DNA of 64,000 nucleotides from Rhodospirillaceae bacterium (GCA_041905525.1 JAYRKY010000010.1:36397-100396); one strand, 5' to 3'; counted from the stretch's first letter, positions 45,499 through 56,444 are shown. Notes: generated from the sequence alone by a model not told the origin. Program-made: numbers and translations.

Positions 45499-45948
45499 CT
45501 AGTGCCGGTGCGGCGGGGTGGTGTCGATACGGCGCGTGAGCGCGCCGTCGGCGATGGCGCGGATTTCGGCCAGGGTCAGCGGCTTTCGCGCCAAGTCGAA
45601 ACTGATCCCGCGATGCTGCAGATCCTTCAGCGGTTTTAAGAACTCGCCGTAAAACGCGGTTACGATAAAGACCGGAACGCCGGGACAAATCTGATGGAGT
45701 CGGGCGAGGGTCTCGACACCGTTCATCTCGGGCATCTTGAGATCGAGAAAGACGAGATCTGGCCGGTTTCGCTGCGCCGACTCGATGCCGGCCGCTCCGC
45801 CGCTTGTCGCCTCAAGGCTGTAACTGCGCCCCGCCAAGGCCGCGAGGAAGGTCTCGCGGACGCCGGCGTCGTCGTCGATAATAAGAATGCGTTTCACCAA
45901 TTTCTCTTTAAATATCAGTCGGTTTACGGCGTGCGGAGGCTTTTCCAC
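45499..45948 (-). CDS. receiver-only response regulator
   Basis: ILIIDDDAGV, DLVFLDLKMPEMNG, VFIVTAF, ARKPL: all canonical receiver residues are present. Start is uncertain (GTG 45948 or GTG 45897). Ends 11 nt before kaiB. Confidence 0.85.
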   Translation of the reverse strand: MEKPPHAVNRLIFKEKLVKRILIIDDDAGVRETFLAALAGRSYSLEATSGGAAGIESAQRNRPDLVFLDLKMPEMNGVETLARLHQICPGVPVFIVTAFYGEFLKPLKDLQHRGISFDLARKPLTLAEIRAIADGALTRRIDTTPPHRH

Positions 45949-46097
45949 AACCTCGGTTTGGTGGCACCACCTCCCCGTGCTTGCAACCGCTGGTGCAGAC
46001 CCCTAACATAGTTTCGAATAAAAACGATATCTACTCAAAATAAAAACAGCGGCCGGAAGAATCCGCGCCGCGCAGGAGTGGGAAGTGGGGACCGTGA

Positions 46098-48179
46098 ATG
46101 ACCAGCAGAGCCGCAAATACACCGCCGCGTCGTGCCAGGGCCCTTTCGCCCTGGGACCGGCGGGTTTTTCCCTCGGTTGATCTCCCGGTCGCGGCGGATC
46201 AATCGTTTTACCAACGCATTATCGACGGGAGCCGCGAAGGGCTGCTCGTTGTCGATGCCGCCGGTCTTATCGTGTTCTGCAACCGCGCCGCCGCGGCGCT
46301 CTTCGGGACGACAGCCGACGATCTTAGCGGCCGTGAGTTTGGCTTTCCCTACGCGCATGCGGCGGAACCGGCCGCCATTGAGATTTTCACCGGTGGGCAG
46401 CCGAAGTTCATGGAGATGGCGGCGGCGCCGGTCTCTTGGCGCGGCGGCGAAGCCACCATCATCCATCTCCGTGACGTCTCGCGGCAGCGGGAAACCGAAG
46501 CGCAGCTCGGCATGCAGGCCAAGGCGCTTGAAGCGACCGCGAACGGGATCATCATCACGACCAAGGACGGCATCGTGTCATGGGCCAATCCGGCCTTCAT
46601 GAAGATGACGGGTTTTGAATCTCCCGATGTGATCGGAAAGTCCGCGACCATGCTGAAGGCGGATGTCGGCGACGACCCGCTTGCGGATGCCATAGCCCAT
46701 CTCGCCGCGATGAACGAAACGTGGAAGGGCCGTGTCGTCAATCGCCGCAAGGATGGCTCGTTGTACACGGCTGAACAAACCACCACGCCGATCCGGGACG
46801 CGACCGGGCGCCTCTCTCACTTCGTCACCGTTCTCGAAGATATCTCCGAACGCTTGCGCGCGGAAGACGAACTCGTCCGCCTTAGCGAATACGACGTTCT
46901 TACCGGGCTGCCCAATCGCAGCGTGTTTCTCGACCGCCTCAAGCTCGCCATCGATCGCGCTGCCCGCGCCGAAGCGTCCGTGGCGGTCATGGTGATGGAT
47001 CTCGACAACTTCCGATCGATTAACAATACCCTGGGCCATGACGTTGGCGATGCGCTCCTGTGCGCGGTTACGCAACGGGTGCAGAAGATTACGCGCACCA
47101 CTGATACCCTGGCGCGCCTCGGTGGCGACGATTTCGGGATCTTGCTTGAAGATGTGACCGACATGGCCGCCGCCAGCCGGACGGTTCGCAGCATCGTCAA
47201 CGCGTTCCATCAGCCCGTCGAAGTGGAGGGGCAGGCGATCGAAGTGACGGTCTCCGTGGGAATTGCCGCATATCCCAAGGATGACACCGATCCGCTCGCC
47301 CTTCTGCGGGAAGCGGAACTCGCGATGTACCAGGCGAAGTCCGAGGGCCGTGACGCCTTCCGCTACTTCGACCGCGAGATGGACGCAGATATTCGCCGCC
47401 GGGTCCGCATCGAAACCGATCTCCGCCACGCGGTGGAACAGAACCAGCTCTGGCTCGCCTATCAGCCCCAGCTCGATCTGGCTTCGGGCAAGATCGTCGG
47501 CGCGGAAGCTCTCATTCGCTGGAACCATCCGGAGCGCGGCCTCGTGTCTCCGGGCGAGTTCATCCCCATCGCCGAGACCTCAGGCCTCATACTACCCATC
47601 GGAGATTGGATCATCGAGGAGATCTGCCGCCAGCGCCAGATTTGGCAAGCGCTCGGACTCCCCGATTTGCGTCTTGGATTCAATGTGTCCGGCGTGCAAT
47701 TCCGCCAGCGCAATCTATTCGAACAAGTGACCTCCGCTCTCGAGCGCTCCGGCCTCTCGGCCAGCAGCCTCGACATTGAGATCACCGAGAGCGTCGCCAT
47801 GGAGGGCACCGGCCGGGTGCAGGAGAATGTCGATCGACTGACCGCGGCCGGTGTCTCCATGTCGATGGATGACTTCGGAACCGGCTACTCCTCGTTGTCC
47901 AATCTGCAAGCCTTTCCGGTATGCCGCCTGAAGATCGACGGCTCCTTCGTGCGCGGCATTGGCCGAACCAAGGACGACGAGAAGATCGTCGAAGCGGTTG
48001 TGCGCCTCGGCCAAAGCCTGGGCCTGACCGTGGTCGCCGAAGGCGTCGAAACCATCGAGCAACTCCGGTTTCTCAAGGAGCGTGCTTGCGACGAAATCCA
48101 AGGCTACTGGCTCTCGAAGCCGCTACCGCCGACGGACTTCCGCCGTTTCGTCGAGTCTTTCACGTGTCCGGACATCTAG
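46098..48179 (+). CDS. PAS-PAS-GGDEF(GGDDF)-EAL signalling protein
   Basis: Two PAS-like segments. GGDEF domain with RTTD-x5-GGDDF. EAL domain with GAEALIRW, DDFGTGYSSL, KIDGSFV, EGVET. Confidence 0.9.
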   Translation: MTSRAANTPPRRARALSPWDRRVFPSVDLPVAADQSFYQRIIDGSREGLLVVDAAGLIVFCNRAAAALFGTTADDLSGREFGFPYAHAAEPAAIEIFTGGQPKFMEMAAAPVSWRGGEATIIHLRDVSRQRETEAQLGMQAKALEATANGIIITTKDGIVSWANPAFMKMTGFESPDVIGKSATMLKADVGDDPLADAIAHLAAMNETWKGRVVNRRKDGSLYTAEQTTTPIRDATGRLSHFVTVLEDISERLRAEDELVRLSEYDVLTGLPNRSVFLDRLKLAIDRAARAEASVAVMVMDLDNFRSINNTLGHDVGDALLCAVTQRVQKITRTTDTLARLGGDDFGILLEDVTDMAAASRTVRSIVNAFHQPVEVEGQAIEVTVSVGIAAYPKDDTDPLALLREAELAMYQAKSEGRDAFRYFDREMDADIRRRVRIETDLRHAVEQNQLWLAYQPQLDLASGKIVGAEALIRWNHPERGLVSPGEFIPIAETSGLILPIGDWIIEEICRQRQIWQALGLPDLRLGFNVSGVQFRQRNLFEQVTSALERSGLSASSLDIEITESVAMEGTGRVQENVDRLTAAGVSMSMDDFGTGYSSLSNLQAFPVCRLKIDGSFVRGIGRTKDDEKIVEAVVRLGQSLGLTVVAEGVETIEQLRFLKERACDEIQGYWLSKPLPPTDFRRFVESFTCPDI

Positions 48180-48212
48180 GATAGCACCCCTCTCCTTCTG
48201 TCCGGATCCGCG

Positions 48213-48250
48213 TGGCCCCGGGGTGACCCGCACCCCGGGGCCATTCTTTT
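48213..48250 (+). terminator. rho-independent terminator
   Basis: 13-bp stem TGGCCCCGGGGTG-acccg-CACCCCGGGGCCA followed by TTCTTTT. Confidence 0.85.
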
Positions 48251-48343
48251 GCGTTACAGGCCCGAATCGATGGTCTGTGCGCGGCTAGGCATGGGGCCCC
48301 CGCCCCGATATAAGGAGCCCCAGGGGACCATTCGGACCGAGGG

Positions 48344-49270
48344 GTGAGTATGCGCGTCAGCGCGACGTCCAGCATGACGGGATTTGCGCGAGCCGAAGGC
48401 CAGGCAGCCGCCGGCGCTCCGTTCAACTGGACTTGGGAAGCGCGCAGCGTGAACGGCAAAAGCCTGGACGTGCGCCTTCGCTTGCCCCACGGATTTGACT
48501 CCATCGAAATTCCGGCCCGCCAAGCGGTCACCGCCGCCTTTTCGCGCGGGTCCATCAGCCTCAACCTCACCATTGTCTCCGAAACGCCAAGCGGTGACAT
48601 CGGGATCGACGAAAACACGCTCGACGCGCTGATCGCCCTCGCCGTGCGTAAGGCCGCGCAGTTCGACGAGATCGGACGCTCCGTCACGCCGGCGCGCCTC
48701 GACGGGCTCATGTCCCTTGCAAAGGGGCGCGCGGCACCGGACGCTGTGCTGGATGCGGAAACGCTGGCGGCGCGCGATGCCGCTCTTCTCAAGGGCCTGA
48801 ACGCGGCGCTTACCGCCCTGGCCAAAGCGCGCCGCGAAGAAGGCGCGCGTCTTATGCCCGTGCTCGTCGGCCATCTTGATACAATCACCGCGCTTTGTCG
48901 CCAGGCGGAGGCGCACGCCGCCACCCAGCCCGCCGCGTTGCGCGACGCCCTGATCGCTCAGTTGCGTGACATGGCCAGCGAGATACCGGCCCTTTCATCA
49001 GAACGCCTCGCGCAGGAAGCGGCGCTTCTGGCCGTGAAGGCCGATGTGCGCGAGGAACTGGATCGCCTGAAAGCCCATGTCACCCAAGCGCATGAGTTAC
49101 TTGCGAAGGGCGAACCGTGCGGCCGGCGGCTCGATTTCCTTTCGCAGGAATTCAACCGGGAAGCCAACACGCTCTGCTCCAAATCCGCCGACGTATCTTT
49201 CACCAAGATCGGCCTTGATCTCAAAACAACCATCGACCAATTCCGCGAACAGATTCAGAATATCGAATGA
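48344..49270 (+). CDS. yicC: YicC-family stress-induced protein
   Basis: SMTGFARAEG N-terminus and C-terminal LDFLSQEFNREANTLCSKS..REQIQNIE. Confidence 0.9.
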   Translation: MSMRVSATSSMTGFARAEGQAAAGAPFNWTWEARSVNGKSLDVRLRLPHGFDSIEIPARQAVTAAFSRGSISLNLTIVSETPSGDIGIDENTLDALIALAVRKAAQFDEIGRSVTPARLDGLMSLAKGRAAPDAVLDAETLAARDAALLKGLNAALTALAKARREEGARLMPVLVGHLDTITALCRQAEAHAATQPAALRDALIAQLRDMASEIPALSSERLAQEAALLAVKADVREELDRLKAHVTQAHELLAKGEPCGRRLDFLSQEFNREANTLCSKSADVSFTKIGLDLKTTIDQFREQIQNIE

Positions 49271-49926
49271 CGCCCGATTCACCCGATGGGTACCACCCGA
49301 TTGCGCGCCGCGGATTGATGCTGGTGCTGTCCTCGCCGTCGGGCGCGGGCAAGACCACAATCTCGCGTGCGCTGCTCAAGTCGGATGGCAACATCACCAT
49401 GTCGATTTCCGTGACTACCCGTCCGCCGCGGCCGGGGGAGGAGCATGGGAAGGACTATTTCTTTATCTCCGAAGACGAATATCACCGGATGGTGAAAGCC
49501 GGCGAATTGCTGGAGCACGCCCGTGTCTTCGACAATTTCTACGGCACCCCACGCGCCTATGTCGAAGACCAGCTCGCGCGTGGACGCGACGTTCTGTTCG
49601 ATATCGACTGGCAGGGTACCCAGCAGCTGAAGGCCAGCGCCGGAGAGGACCTCGTCAGCGTTTTCGTTCTTCCGCCCTCGATCGCCGAGCTTGAACAACG
49701 TCTGCGCGGTCGCGCGCAGGACTCCGAGGAGGTCGTTCGCAAGCGTATGAGCCGCGCCGCGAACGAGATGAGCCATTGGCCAGAATATGACTATGTCGTC
49801 GTCAACCGGCAGGTCGATCAGAGCATCGGTCAGGTCAACGCGATTCTGGTGGCCGAGCGCCTGCGCCAACGCCGCCGCGCGCCGGGACTTGTCGCCTTCG
49901 TCAACTCGATGCGGGGCGACACATGA
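49267..49926 (+). CDS. gmk: guanylate kinase
   Basis: SSPSGAGKTT P-loop, TTRPPRPGE, YFFIS. ATGA overlap with yicC. Confidence 0.93.
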   Translation: MTPDSPDGYHPIARRGLMLVLSSPSGAGKTTISRALLKSDGNITMSISVTTRPPRPGEEHGKDYFFISEDEYHRMVKAGELLEHARVFDNFYGTPRAYVEDQLARGRDVLFDIDWQGTQQLKASAGEDLVSVFVLPPSIAELEQRLRGRAQDSEEVVRKRMSRAANEMSHWPEYDYVVVNRQVDQSIGQVNAILVAERLRQRRRAPGLVAFVNSMRGDT

Positions 49927-50945
49927 CGGACCTCGGCGGTCTCATTGCTTTCACCGCGGGACTGCCGAAAGCCGAGCTCCATGTGCACATTGAAGGCACG
50001 TTAGAGCCGGAATTGATGTTCGCGCTGGCCGCGCGCAATCGGATCGACATCCCCTTCAAGACGGTTGACGAAGTTCGCGCGGCCTACCAGTTCACGCGTC
50101 TTCAGGACTTTCTCGATATCTACTACGAAGGCACGAAGGTACTGCAGACCGAGGCGGATTTCCGCGATCTGGCTGGCGCCTATTTCGCCCGAGCGGCGGC
50201 GGACAACGTCCGTCATGCCGAAATCTTCTTTGATCCGCAGACCCATACCGCCCGCGGGATTGCGCTCGACGTGGTGATGAAGGGGCTGCTCCAGGCCCAG
50301 GATGACGCGCGGCGTACTCACGGCATCACCTCAAAACTCATTCTCTGTTTCCTTCGGCATCTCGACGAGGACGACGCCTTTAAAACTCTTCGCGAGGCGC
50401 AGCCTTGGCTACATAAATTGACCGCGGTGGGGCTTGATTCCTCCGAACTCGGCCACCCGCCGGCGAAGTTTGCGCGTGTGTTCGCCGCCGCGTCGGATCT
50501 TGGTCTCAAGAGGGTCGCGCATGCGGGCGAGGAGGGGCCGCCCGAGTATGTCGCGGATTCACTCGATCTTCTTGGCATCGACCGTCTCGATCATGGCAAC
50601 AGGTCGCTTGAAGACCCCGGTCTCGTTGCGCGTCTTGCCCGCTGTGCCATGACCCTCACGGTCTGCCCGCTCTCAAACCTCAAGCTTTGCGTGGTAAAGT
50701 CTCTGGACGCGCACCCCTTGCCGCGAATGCTGGCGTTGGGATTGAGGGCAACGATCAATTCCGACGATCCCGCCTACTTCGGCGGCTACATCAACGACAA
50801 CTATGCGGCGATGGCGCGGGCAGGCGGATTGGATCGCGCGGACTTTGCCGCGCTCGCGCGCAACAGCTTCCTTGGGTCGTTTTTGAGCGATGGCGAGGTG
50901 GCGACCCACCTCGCGCAGCTCGACGATTACATCAGCCGCGCTTAA
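49923..50945 (+). CDS. add: adenosine/adenine deaminase family protein
   Basis: [30 protein letters not shown] metal and catalytic motifs. Confidence 0.9.
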   Translation: MTDLGGLIAFTAGLPKAELHVHIEGTLEPELMFALAARNRIDIPFKTVDEVRAAYQFTRLQDFLDIYYEGTKVLQTEADFRDLAGAYFARAAADNVRHAEIFFDPQTHTARGIALDVVMKGLLQAQDDARRTHGITSKLILCFLRHLDEDDAFKTLREAQPWLHKLTAVGLDSSELGHPPAKFARVFAAASDLGLKRVAHAGEEGPPEYVADSLDLLGIDRLDHGNRSLEDPGLVARLARCAMTLTVCPLSNLKLCVVKSLDAHPLPRMLALGLRATINSDDPAYFGGYINDNYAAMARAGGLDRADFAALARNSFLGSFLSDGEVATHLAQLDDYISRA

Positions 50946-51769
50946 GAACCATCGAGTCCGCGCGCCAGTGCGCAGAACTGCTCAACGCTCAGCGTTTCGG
51001 CGCGGGCCGTAGGGTCGACACCGGCGCCGCGGCACAGGGCTTCTGCATCCACGCCCAGGCTACGCAGACTCTGACGCAGCATCTTTCGGCGTTGTCCAAA
51101 AGCTGCCGCCGTTACCCGTTCGAGGGTTTCCCGCCGCGCGGGCGCCAGCGGAGTAGGTCGCGGTATCAGTCTCACGACGGTGGAATTCACGGCCGGCGGC
51201 GGCGTGAAGGCCTTCGGATTGACGTGGAACAGCTGCTCGACGTCGCAAAGCCACTGAGTCAGCACACTGAGCCTGCCATAGGCCTTGGTGTCCGGGGGCG
51301 CCGTCAGGCGCTGCGCGACCTCGGACTGGAACATGAGCACAAGACAATCGAAAGCGGTGATGGACTTAAGCCAGCCCAATAGGAGTTCAGTGCCGACGTT
51401 GTAGGGCAGGTTCGCGACGATCCGGCGGGGTGCGGACCCGAGCGCCGCCGCGTCGACGGTAAGTGCGTCCGCCTCGATGGTTTCCAAAGTGTCCGGATAC
51501 GCGGCACGCATCTCCTCAAGGATCTCGCGGCAACGCTTGTCTTTCTCGATCGCGATGACGTGAGCGCCCCCCTCAAGCAGCGCCCGCGTGAGCCCTCCGG
51601 GCCCCGGACCCACTTCGATGCAAGTGCCCGTGCGGATGTCTCCTGCGGCGCGGGCAATGCGCGCCGTCAGGTTGAGGTCGAGCAGGAAGTGCTGACCCAA
51701 AGCCTTGGTCGCCATCAGGCCATGTTTCGCGATCACGTCGCGCAGCGGCGGAAGAACCGGGGCGTTCAT
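50942..51769 (-). CDS. rsmA: 16S rRNA (adenine1518/1519-N6)-dimethyltransferase
   Basis: ORF 50942-51865; start ATG 51769 overlaps the pdxA stop (ATGA). [25 protein letters not shown]. Confidence 0.93.
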   Translation of the reverse strand: MNAPVLPPLRDVIAKHGLMATKALGQHFLLDLNLTARIARAAGDIRTGTCIEVGPGPGGLTRALLEGGAHVIAIEKDKRCREILEEMRAAYPDTLETIEADALTVDAAALGSAPRRIVANLPYNVGTELLLGWLKSITAFDCLVLMFQSEVAQRLTAPPDTKAYGRLSVLTQWLCDVEQLFHVNPKAFTPPPAVNSTVVRLIPRPTPLAPARRETLERVTAAAFGQRRKMLRQSLRSLGVDAEALCRGAGVDPTARAETLSVEQFCALARGLDGS

Positions 51770-52779
51770 CGCGGGAGTGTCCGGCGAGCGGCCACGGCGC
51801 CCGCGGTCTTGAGAGCCGCGATCAGGCTGGACGGGTCGGCGATGCCGTCGGCGGCGATGTCGCACGCCGTGCCGTGATCGGGAGACGTGCGTACGAACGG
51901 TAGGCCTAACGTCATGTTAACGCCGTTTGCGAAGTCCAGGGTCTTGAGAGGGATCAGCGCCTGGTCGTGATACATGCAAATGGCGGCGTCATAGCCGCGG
52001 CGCGCGGCCGCGTGGAACAGTGTATCGGCGGGGGCGGGGCCGCTCACCTCAATCCCAGCCTCGCGCAACGCGGCGACTGCCGGGCTGATGATCGCGGACT
52101 CCTCTCCGCCCATCTTGCCTTTCTCGCCCGCATGGGGATTCAGCGCGGCGACGGCGAGACGGGGCCGCGCGATACCAAAGTCGCGTTGAAGCGCCGCGGC
52201 GGTGACGCGGCCGCAATGGATGATGGCCTCGCGGGTCAAGCTTGCGGCCACGTCCTTGATGGCCACGTGCACGGTGACTGGTACGACCTTCAACTCTTCG
52301 ACCAGCAGCATCATCACTGCATCGGCGCCGCCCGCCAGATAGCCGAGATACTCGGTGTGGCCGGGGAACGAAAAGCCGGTGTTCTGCAGGGTCGCCTTCT
52401 GGATCGGGTTGGTCACCATCCCGGAGGCCGCTCCGGATTTCACAAGCGCAACCGCCTGATCGATCGCGCTCACTACCGACGCGGCCGTCGTCGTGCTCGG
52501 CTCGCCCAGAACCACGGCGGGCAACGGGATGTTGACGGGCAGCACGGGTAGGGCGCGTTCAAAAACGCGAGGCGCCTCTTGCGCAGTCTCGATGGAAACA
52601 ACAGGGCAGGGGATGCCGAAACGCTGCGCTAGCGCGGTTAGACGCGCGGCGTCGTCGATCACAAAAAAGGAGGGAAGCTCCGCACGCCTTAACCACGCCT
52701 TGAGCGCGATTTCCCCGCCGATGCCGGCCGGCTCACCCATGGTGAGCGCCAGCGGAGCAACGGCGGCGGGGGTCGTCAT
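51766..52779 (-). CDS. pdxA: 4-hydroxythreonine-4-phosphate dehydrogenase
   Basis: [35 protein letters not shown] motifs. Confidence 0.93.
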   Translation of the reverse strand: MTTPAAVAPLALTMGEPAGIGGEIALKAWLRRAELPSFFVIDDAARLTALAQRFGIPCPVVSIETAQEAPRVFERALPVLPVNIPLPAVVLGEPSTTTAASVVSAIDQAVALVKSGAASGMVTNPIQKATLQNTGFSFPGHTEYLGYLAGGADAVMMLLVEELKVVPVTVHVAIKDVAASLTREAIIHCGRVTAAALQRDFGIARPRLAVAALNPHAGEKGKMGGEESAIISPAVAALREAGIEVSGPAPADTLFHAAARRGYDAAICMYHDQALIPLKTLDFANGVNMTLGLPFVRTSPDHGTACDIAADGIADPSSLIAALKTAGAVAARRTLPR

Positions 52780-52782
52780 TCG

Positions 52783-54099
52783 TTAGAGGCGCACGTCGAT
52801 CAGCGCCTGGCGGCGCAGATCGCGCAGCTTCTGGCGGGCGATATTATTCAGCTTCTGGTTCTCCAGCATGCTGCGCACCTGGTTCTCGTTCGGAACGCCT
52901 GTATCGGCCTGGCGCTGACACACCATCGCGTAGAGGCGCGCGCCGCTGACGCTGATGACGTCGCTCACCTTGTTGACGGGCAAGTTGACCACGGCGTTGC
53001 GCACTTTTTCCGGCAATGCGCCGACGTAAACCGGCGGAATCGGCCCCGAACCCGGCGTCGCGATTTCCTCCGCCAGCTTGTTCATGTCGTCGCAGTTTTT
53101 CGGCTCGCGCTGGATCTTGTCCGCGAAGGCTTCAAGCTTTTCCGACGGCAGAGCGCGCCCGCCCTCCGTCGGCAGATAGATTTGGCTCAAGGTCACGGCC
53201 GCCGCCTGCGGATCCGGCGTGCCCGACGCGCGTTTGGCCCGTAGCGCAACGATGCGGAAGGCGTCGGCGACACGCACAGGGTCGGACACCTGATTCTCCG
53301 ACATGGTCGGAATCACTTTCGCGAGATCGCCTTCCAGGTCGTTCTGGATCACCCAGCCGAGGTCGCCGCCCACCGCTGCCGTCGCGCTTTGCGAAAACTG
53401 CTGCGCCGCCGCCTGGAACGGGGCCCCTCCGCGGATCTGCTGCACCAGGCGCTGGCCGAGCTCGCGCGCGGCCTGTTCGGGAAGGGTCAGGGAAATCGGG
53501 ATGACGATTTCCGACAACAGATATTCGGGTTTTCCCTGGTTGGCCTTCGCCCGGTCGATGACGCTTTTCACTTCGGCCGCAGTCACCACGACTTCGCGCG
53601 ATAGATGCTCCTGCGCAACCTTCACCCAAACGCTGTCGGACTCGATTTGCGCGTACAGCGTATCCATGTCGATGCCGCGCTCGTCCATCATCGCGCGCAG
53701 CGTGCCCGGCTGCATACCGTTGCGGTCCTCGATCGTGTTCACCGCCGCGCGCACCTCTTCGGTGGTCACCGTCACCTTTTGCCGGCGGGCCTCCTGCATC
53801 TTAAGACGCTCGTCGATGAGGGAGTCGATCACCTGAGGGATCAGCCGACGCTGCGTCTCGGGCGTATTGTCGATCCGGGCCGTGGCCATAAACAGCGCCA
53901 TGCGGTTCTGCACCTCGCGCAAGGTCACGATCTCGTCGTTCACCACGGCGGCGATGCTGATCGCCGGCGGCGCCGGGGCCGCGGGACCGCGCTGTTGTTG
54001 GCCGGCCAACGGCGCGCGCTGCTGTTGGGCGCCCGCGGGTGCGGCGCCGGCAGCCAAGCCAATCGAGGCGCACAGAAGAGCGGCAATCCGGGTGTTCAT
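52783..54099 (-). CDS. surA: periplasmic chaperone/peptidyl-prolyl isomerase SurA
   Basis: Signal peptide, SurA N-domain and one parvulin-like region. Located between lptD and pdxA. Confidence 0.85.
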   Translation of the reverse strand: MNTRIAALLCASIGLAAGAAPAGAQQQRAPLAGQQQRGPAAPAPPAISIAAVVNDEIVTLREVQNRMALFMATARIDNTPETQRRLIPQVIDSLIDERLKMQEARRQKVTVTTEEVRAAVNTIEDRNGMQPGTLRAMMDERGIDMDTLYAQIESDSVWVKVAQEHLSREVVVTAAEVKSVIDRAKANQGKPEYLLSEIVIPISLTLPEQAARELGQRLVQQIRGGAPFQAAAQQFSQSATAAVGGDLGWVIQNDLEGDLAKVIPTMSENQVSDPVRVADAFRIVALRAKRASGTPDPQAAAVTLSQIYLPTEGGRALPSEKLEAFADKIQREPKNCDDMNKLAEEIATPGSGPIPPVYVGALPEKVRNAVVNLPVNKVSDVISVSGARLYAMVCQRQADTGVPNENQVRSMLENQKLNNIARQKLRDLRRQALIDVRL

Positions 54100-54230
54100 C
54101 TATCGCTACCAACCATCAAAACGGGAAGGGGCGTAACATACGCAAGAACTATGGCGAAAACCAGCCGCGAGACGCGGCCTGACGAGACCGTAACCTGCGG
54201 TAAATGCAGTACTATTTCGGAGGGTCCGCC

Positions 54231-56438
54231 TTAGCGGGGCGAATTCACTTCGGTGTTGAAGCGCAAGTCGCCGATCGTCTTGAGATTGATGCGGAACATC
54301 ACCGCCACGCCTTTCTTGAAGTCGCGGTCTTCGGTGCGGTCGTTTGCGACATCTAGGCCGAAAATAAAACATTCATCCTCGTAGGTGACGCCGACATCCG
54401 TGCGGATCGGCCCACCGCCGGCGCTGAGGTTGTGCCGGTGTCCCACGACCAGGCTCCAATTGCGGTTCAGCTTGCTGGACGCCGAGACATAGACTTCCTC
54501 GGTATTATTGGGGATGCCCGGCAAACTGCCGTCCGATGTCACGAACACATAGGTCGCCCCGACGCGTAAGGGATCTGTTCCGGTCGCGAGGCTGACCTCG
54601 CTTCGGCGGCTGACCAGCGAGTCTTTATCCAGGCGGAACCGGTACTGCATGTCGATGTAGGGGTTGGGCGTGAAGTCGACCCGCCCGACGATGTCCGAGA
54701 AATGGCCGCGCAGACCCGACAGAGGCGCAAAGATCTGGTCGTCGTGGAACCGGTAGACTTGACCGAGCAGCACGGACATCGAACCGCCGTTCTGCCGGAA
54801 GGCGGACCATTTCAGCCCGTAATTGACACGCGCGCCCGTTTCAACGCGGTCGAGACCGGCGAAACGCTGCATGCTGAAAAGGTTGGTATCGTCGAATTCG
54901 AGATCGAGCGAGTCCTCGTTCGGAATCCGATCGGGATTCACCCCGATCGGACTCACGGCTGCGAGCACGATGGGTTCGAACATCTGCTGAAAGCCGTAAT
55001 CATTACTGATGAACGGCATGCGCCACTCCAGCGACGCTTCCGGAATGAGACGTCCTGCGGTTCCGGTAAAAGTGTCGGTAGTCGACGGGCGCGCTAGGTC
55101 GCGCACATAGTATCCGTCGCCGCGCACGCCGGCGCGGAAGGTGTAGACGTCGCCCAGCGGGCTCGTGTACGGCAGGTTCCAACCGACACGGCTCGACAGA
55201 CGGCTTGTGTCCGTGCCGCGCTCGCGCACCAGCATCAGGCCGTTGCCATCCACGGTCCAATAGCCGCCCCAGGCATCGGGGGTGCTGGTGAAATTGTAAG
55301 TAAGCAGCGGTGCGACGATCGGCACGGAGTTGTCGGTCAGCGGGATGCGCTGGCGCTGGAAATAATAGGTGTTGGCTGAGAAGTAGGTGCTCTGACTGAA
55401 CCGCTCGGCGAAAACGTTCGTGGTCAGCCACGTCGGCGCGTCGAAGCCATAACGGCGCAAATAGGTGCGGTCCGTGGCCAGATGAATATCGGTGCCGGAG
55501 CGCCAGTGCTGGTTGATGTCCCAGCGCGCCCAACTCTTGATGTGACCGCGGATATCCTCGGCGCTGTCAGGGTCGCCGGCCATTAAGCTGCCGAACACCC
55601 GCATTTGGCCTTTCCGAAAATTCTGCCGGTACTCGCCCGTCGCGCCTTTGCCGGCGCTGGTGGTCAAGAAAGGCGTGATCGTCGCGTCGCGCGTGTCGGA
55701 GATGCGAATGTAATACGGCTGCTGATATGAGATGCCGAGGTTGCGCCCCGCGCCGATGGTCGGCAGCAAAAGTCCACTGCGCGGTCCCGCAGTCGGATCC
55801 GGATGCGCCAGATAAGGCGTATAGAACACCGGCACGCCGCCGAACTCCAGCCAAGCGTTGCGGTAATACACCATCTCCGCGTCCGCGTCGTACTGCACGC
55901 GCCCGGCCTTCAACTGCCATAGCGGGTTCTCGTCGGCGCAGCTGTCGCAAGCGGTATAGACGGCCGAATACAATTCGTTCACGCCGCCGGGGATGCGGCG
56001 GAAGGCGCGGCTCGCGAGGCGCGACTTGTCGGCGAGCAGGACGCGGACTTCCTGCGCCAGGCCTTCCTTGAGATCGCCGGTCACCTGAATGCTATCGAAG
56101 AACAGCACCGAGCCGTTGCTCTCAAGGATCGAAACATGTCCCGTTGCGGTGGCGATGTCGGCCTTGCGGTCGTAGACGATCTTGTCGGCAAGCATCAAAA
56201 GGTTGCCGCGCTGGATTTCGACCGCGCCGCTCGCGGTGACAATGTTTCCGGTCTCGTCGGTCACCAATTCGTCGGCGAGCAGCAATGTGCTGCTTTCACC
56301 CGGCGCGCTTGTCTCGGCGCCGTCGAGCTCGGCCGCGTGCCCCGCCCGCGCCGAAAGCAGCGCAAAGGCCAGCCCCATCGCCGTCACCACGTGCAACGAG
56401 CCGCGCAGCCGGCGGAAGAAGGGCAGGGGGGAAGTCAT
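54231..56438 (-). CDS. lptD: LPS-assembly outer-membrane protein LptD
   Basis: 735 aa. Signal peptide, OstA-like N-domain (LLADELV..IVYD), large beta-barrel. Synteny with surA. Confidence 0.92.
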   Translation of the reverse strand: MTSPLPFFRRLRGSLHVVTAMGLAFALLSARAGHAAELDGAETSAPGESSTLLLADELVTDETGNIVTASGAVEIQRGNLLMLADKIVYDRKADIATATGHVSILESNGSVLFFDSIQVTGDLKEGLAQEVRVLLADKSRLASRAFRRIPGGVNELYSAVYTACDSCADENPLWQLKAGRVQYDADAEMVYYRNAWLEFGGVPVFYTPYLAHPDPTAGPRSGLLLPTIGAGRNLGISYQQPYYIRISDTRDATITPFLTTSAGKGATGEYRQNFRKGQMRVFGSLMAGDPDSAEDIRGHIKSWARWDINQHWRSGTDIHLATDRTYLRRYGFDAPTWLTTNVFAERFSQSTYFSANTYYFQRQRIPLTDNSVPIVAPLLTYNFTSTPDAWGGYWTVDGNGLMLVRERGTDTSRLSSRVGWNLPYTSPLGDVYTFRAGVRGDGYYVRDLARPSTTDTFTGTAGRLIPEASLEWRMPFISNDYGFQQMFEPIVLAAVSPIGVNPDRIPNEDSLDLEFDDTNLFSMQRFAGLDRVETGARVNYGLKWSAFRQNGGSMSVLLGQVYRFHDDQIFAPLSGLRGHFSDIVGRVDFTPNPYIDMQYRFRLDKDSLVSRRSEVSLATGTDPLRVGATYVFVTSDGSLPGIPNNTEEVYVSASSKLNRNWSLVVGHRHNLSAGGGPIRTDVGVTYEDECFIFGLDVANDRTEDRDFKKGVAVMFRINLKTIGDLRFNTEVNSPR

Positions 56439-56444
56439 ACGTAC

